From NCBI GenBank assembly GCA_045613265.1, contig JAZLAP010000257.1, positions 1-35,114 on the forward strand: a stretch of 35,114 nt of DNA, in the 5' to 3' direction. This DNA is from Eubacteriales bacterium. Its GTDB lineage: Bacteria > Bacillota > Clostridia > Oscillospirales > CAG-272. Positions 33,884 through 35,114 of the stretch are shown here, piece by piece. The notes below the pieces were generated by a model. It saw nothing but the letters and a program-made list of their open reading frames with translations. It made no database searches and was not told the origin of the DNA. Each line of letters begins with the position of its first letter. Position 1 is the stretch's first letter. Both the position numbers and the translations under genes were made by a program.

Positions 33884-35114
33884 ATGCAAATGTGTTCTCG
33901 CTGCCACAAGCGCGTTGCTGTGGTATTCATCGCAAAAACCGAAAACAACAACACAACGACGGACGGGCTCTGCCTAAAATGTGCGCAGGAGCTGGGTATT
34001 CGTCCCGTTAACGATATGCTGTCCAAAATGGGCATTTCCGAGGAAATGCTCGAAAGCATCGGCAACGAACTGCAATTAGAGCTTTCGGATGACAATGAGG
34101 AAGGCGGTGCACCGGCCGTCGAGCTTCCTAAAATCTTTCAGAATCTTCCGTTTCCTTTTGCTAAGCCCCCGAAAAATGACAACGGAGAAAAGGGCAGTGC
34201 ACAATCGCCGGAAGACAAAAAGAAAGCGGGAAGAAAATTCCTTTCAACCTATTGTCATAATCTGACCGAAGCGGCGGCAAACGGCAAGCTTGATCGCATC
34301 ATCGGCAGAGAACGCGAGCTTGATCGTATGATCCAGATCCTATGCCGCCGACAGAAAAACAACCCTTGTCTCATCGGTGAACCGGGCGTCGGTAAAACCG
34401 CGATTGCGGAAGCACTCGCCATTCGGATCGCAAACGGAAACGTTCCTTACCGTCTCCGCGACACCGAGGTCTATCTCGTTGATCTCACTGCTCTCGTTGC
34501 GGGAACGCAATTCCGCGGACAGTTTGAATCACGTATCCTTGGGCTGATCAAAGAAGTCAAAGCGGCAGGGAACATTCTGCTTGTTATCGACGAGGTACAC
34601 AATATCGTCGGCTCCGGTGATGCCGAGGGTGGCAGCATGAACGCAGCCAACATTCTGAAACCGGCACTTTCGCGCGGAGAGATCCAGGTCATCGGTGCGA
34701 CCACGCTGAAGGAATACCGCAAATACATTGAAAAGGATTCCGCACTCGAACGCCGTTTTCAGCCGATCATCGTAAAAGAACCGTCGATTGAAGAGACTGT
34801 GCAAATGTTGAGCGGTGTTAAGGATTACTACGAAAAATACCATCGCGTTCACATTTCTGATGCAATGATCCGCACAGCGGTGATTCTGTCTGAGCGTTAT
34901 ATTACCGATCGTTTTCTCCCCGACAAGGCGATTGACCTTCTTGACGAATCGGCTTCCTTTGTGTCGCTCCATTCCGAGTCATTAAACGCGCTTCGCAAAA
35001 ACGAGAAGGCACAAGCGGAGCTCCTTGAAGAAAAGAACCGAATCGAAGCACTTCCCGATGCCGATGATCCGGAAAAGCAGGAAGAAAAATTCAAGCTTCT
35101 TGCCGACATCCGTG
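33884..35114 (+). CDS. ClpC/ClpB-class AAA+ chaperone ATPase, 3' end cut by the window; N-terminal C4 zinc ribbon instead of Clp_N repeats
   Basis: Not in the ORF track because there is no stop in the window. I translated 33884 onward and found 410 open codons. MQMCSRCHKRVAVVF...GLCLKCAQELGI, then LDRIIGRERELDRMIQILCRRQKNNPCLIGEPGVGKTAIAEALA (Walker A). Also LLVIDEVH (Walker B), LKPALSRGEIQVIGATTLKEYRKYIEKDSALERRFQPI and RFLPDKAIDLLDE. In-frame TAG at 33872-33874 upstream. Confidence 0.9.
   Translation, partial: MQMCSRCHKRVAVVFIAKTENNNTTTDGLCLKCAQELGIRPVNDMLSKMGISEEMLESIGNELQLELSDDNEEGGAPAVELPKIFQNLPFPFAKPPKNDNGEKGSAQSPEDKKKAGRKFLSTYCHNLTEAAANGKLDRIIGRERELDRMIQILCRRQKNNPCLIGEPGVGKTAIAEALAIRIANGNVPYRLRDTEVYLVDLTALVAGTQFRGQFESRILGLIKEVKAAGNILLVIDEVHNIVGSGDAEGGSMNAANILKPALSRGEIQVIGATTLKEYRKYIEKDSALERRFQPIIVKEPSIEETVQMLSGVKDYYEKYHRVHISDAMIRTAVILSERYITDRFLPDKAIDLLDESASFVSLHSESLNALRKNEKAQAELLEEKNRIEALPDADDPEKQEEKFKLLADIR

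Noticed and set aside
1-35114. A search by eye for CRISPR arrays, IS elements or transposases, integrases, phage genes, restriction-modification systems, toxin-antitoxin pairs or other defence modules.
   Set aside because: There are no spaced direct repeats and no DDE, serine or tyrosine recombinase-like translations. No nuclease, methylase or NTPase combinations occur outside housekeeping genes. The only AbrB-type small ORF (14168-14344) has no toxin partner. I therefore do not claim a novel system.

Overview
This is a chromosomal window of roughly 50% G+C (by eye) from a spore-forming Firmicute. It is most likely a member of the Clostridia, given spoVT, whiA, hisZ plus a short hisG, and a PHP-type histidinol phosphatase; the taxon is inference only. 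Most genes are housekeeping genes on the + strand.

(1) 1-3734 holds the end of a leu/ilv cluster: leuB (5' truncated), a DUF815 ATPase, ilvA and ridA.
(2) 3870-12352 holds a complete histidine operon with overlapping start and stop codons, led by a YerC/TrpR-like gene: yerC-hisZ-G-D-C-B-H-A-F-IE plus a PHP histidinol phosphatase.
(3) About 12.4-20.0 kb is a less conserved stretch. It contains an orphan solute-binding-type lipoprotein, a truncated and diverged copy of the spoVT 5' end, and an AT-rich (about 30% G+C) lipoprotein cassette. These are followed by intact spoVT, a solo tRNA-Leu(UAG) and a divergent AraC / PIG-L deacetylase pair. The stretch ends with a five-gene minus-strand cluster: membrane protein, SGNH hydrolase, lipoprotein, hotdog thioesterase and a 60-aa acidic protein.
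(4) The rest holds the conserved nusB-xseA-xseB-tlyA-nadK-argR-recN block, then murB, whiA, dnaE and a CvpA-like gene. It ends with the first 410 codons of a ClpC-like AAA+ gene. That gene is absent from the supplied ORF track because it runs off the window end.

I found no CRISPR array, transposase, integrase, phage module or recognisable defence or toxin system, and I cannot honestly name a convincing novel multi-gene system. The most unusual locus is 14.0-15.1 kb. There, 34 codons of spoVT are duplicated with almost purely synonymous divergence around an AT-rich insert. A 14-bp inverted repeat copies the spoVT Shine-Dalgarno (SD) region, and a (TA)6 run pushes the SD-to-ATG spacing to 14 nt. 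Secondary points of interest are the ClpC-like protein, whose N-domain is replaced by a ClpX-type C4 zinc ribbon, and the YerC-like gene heading the his operon.
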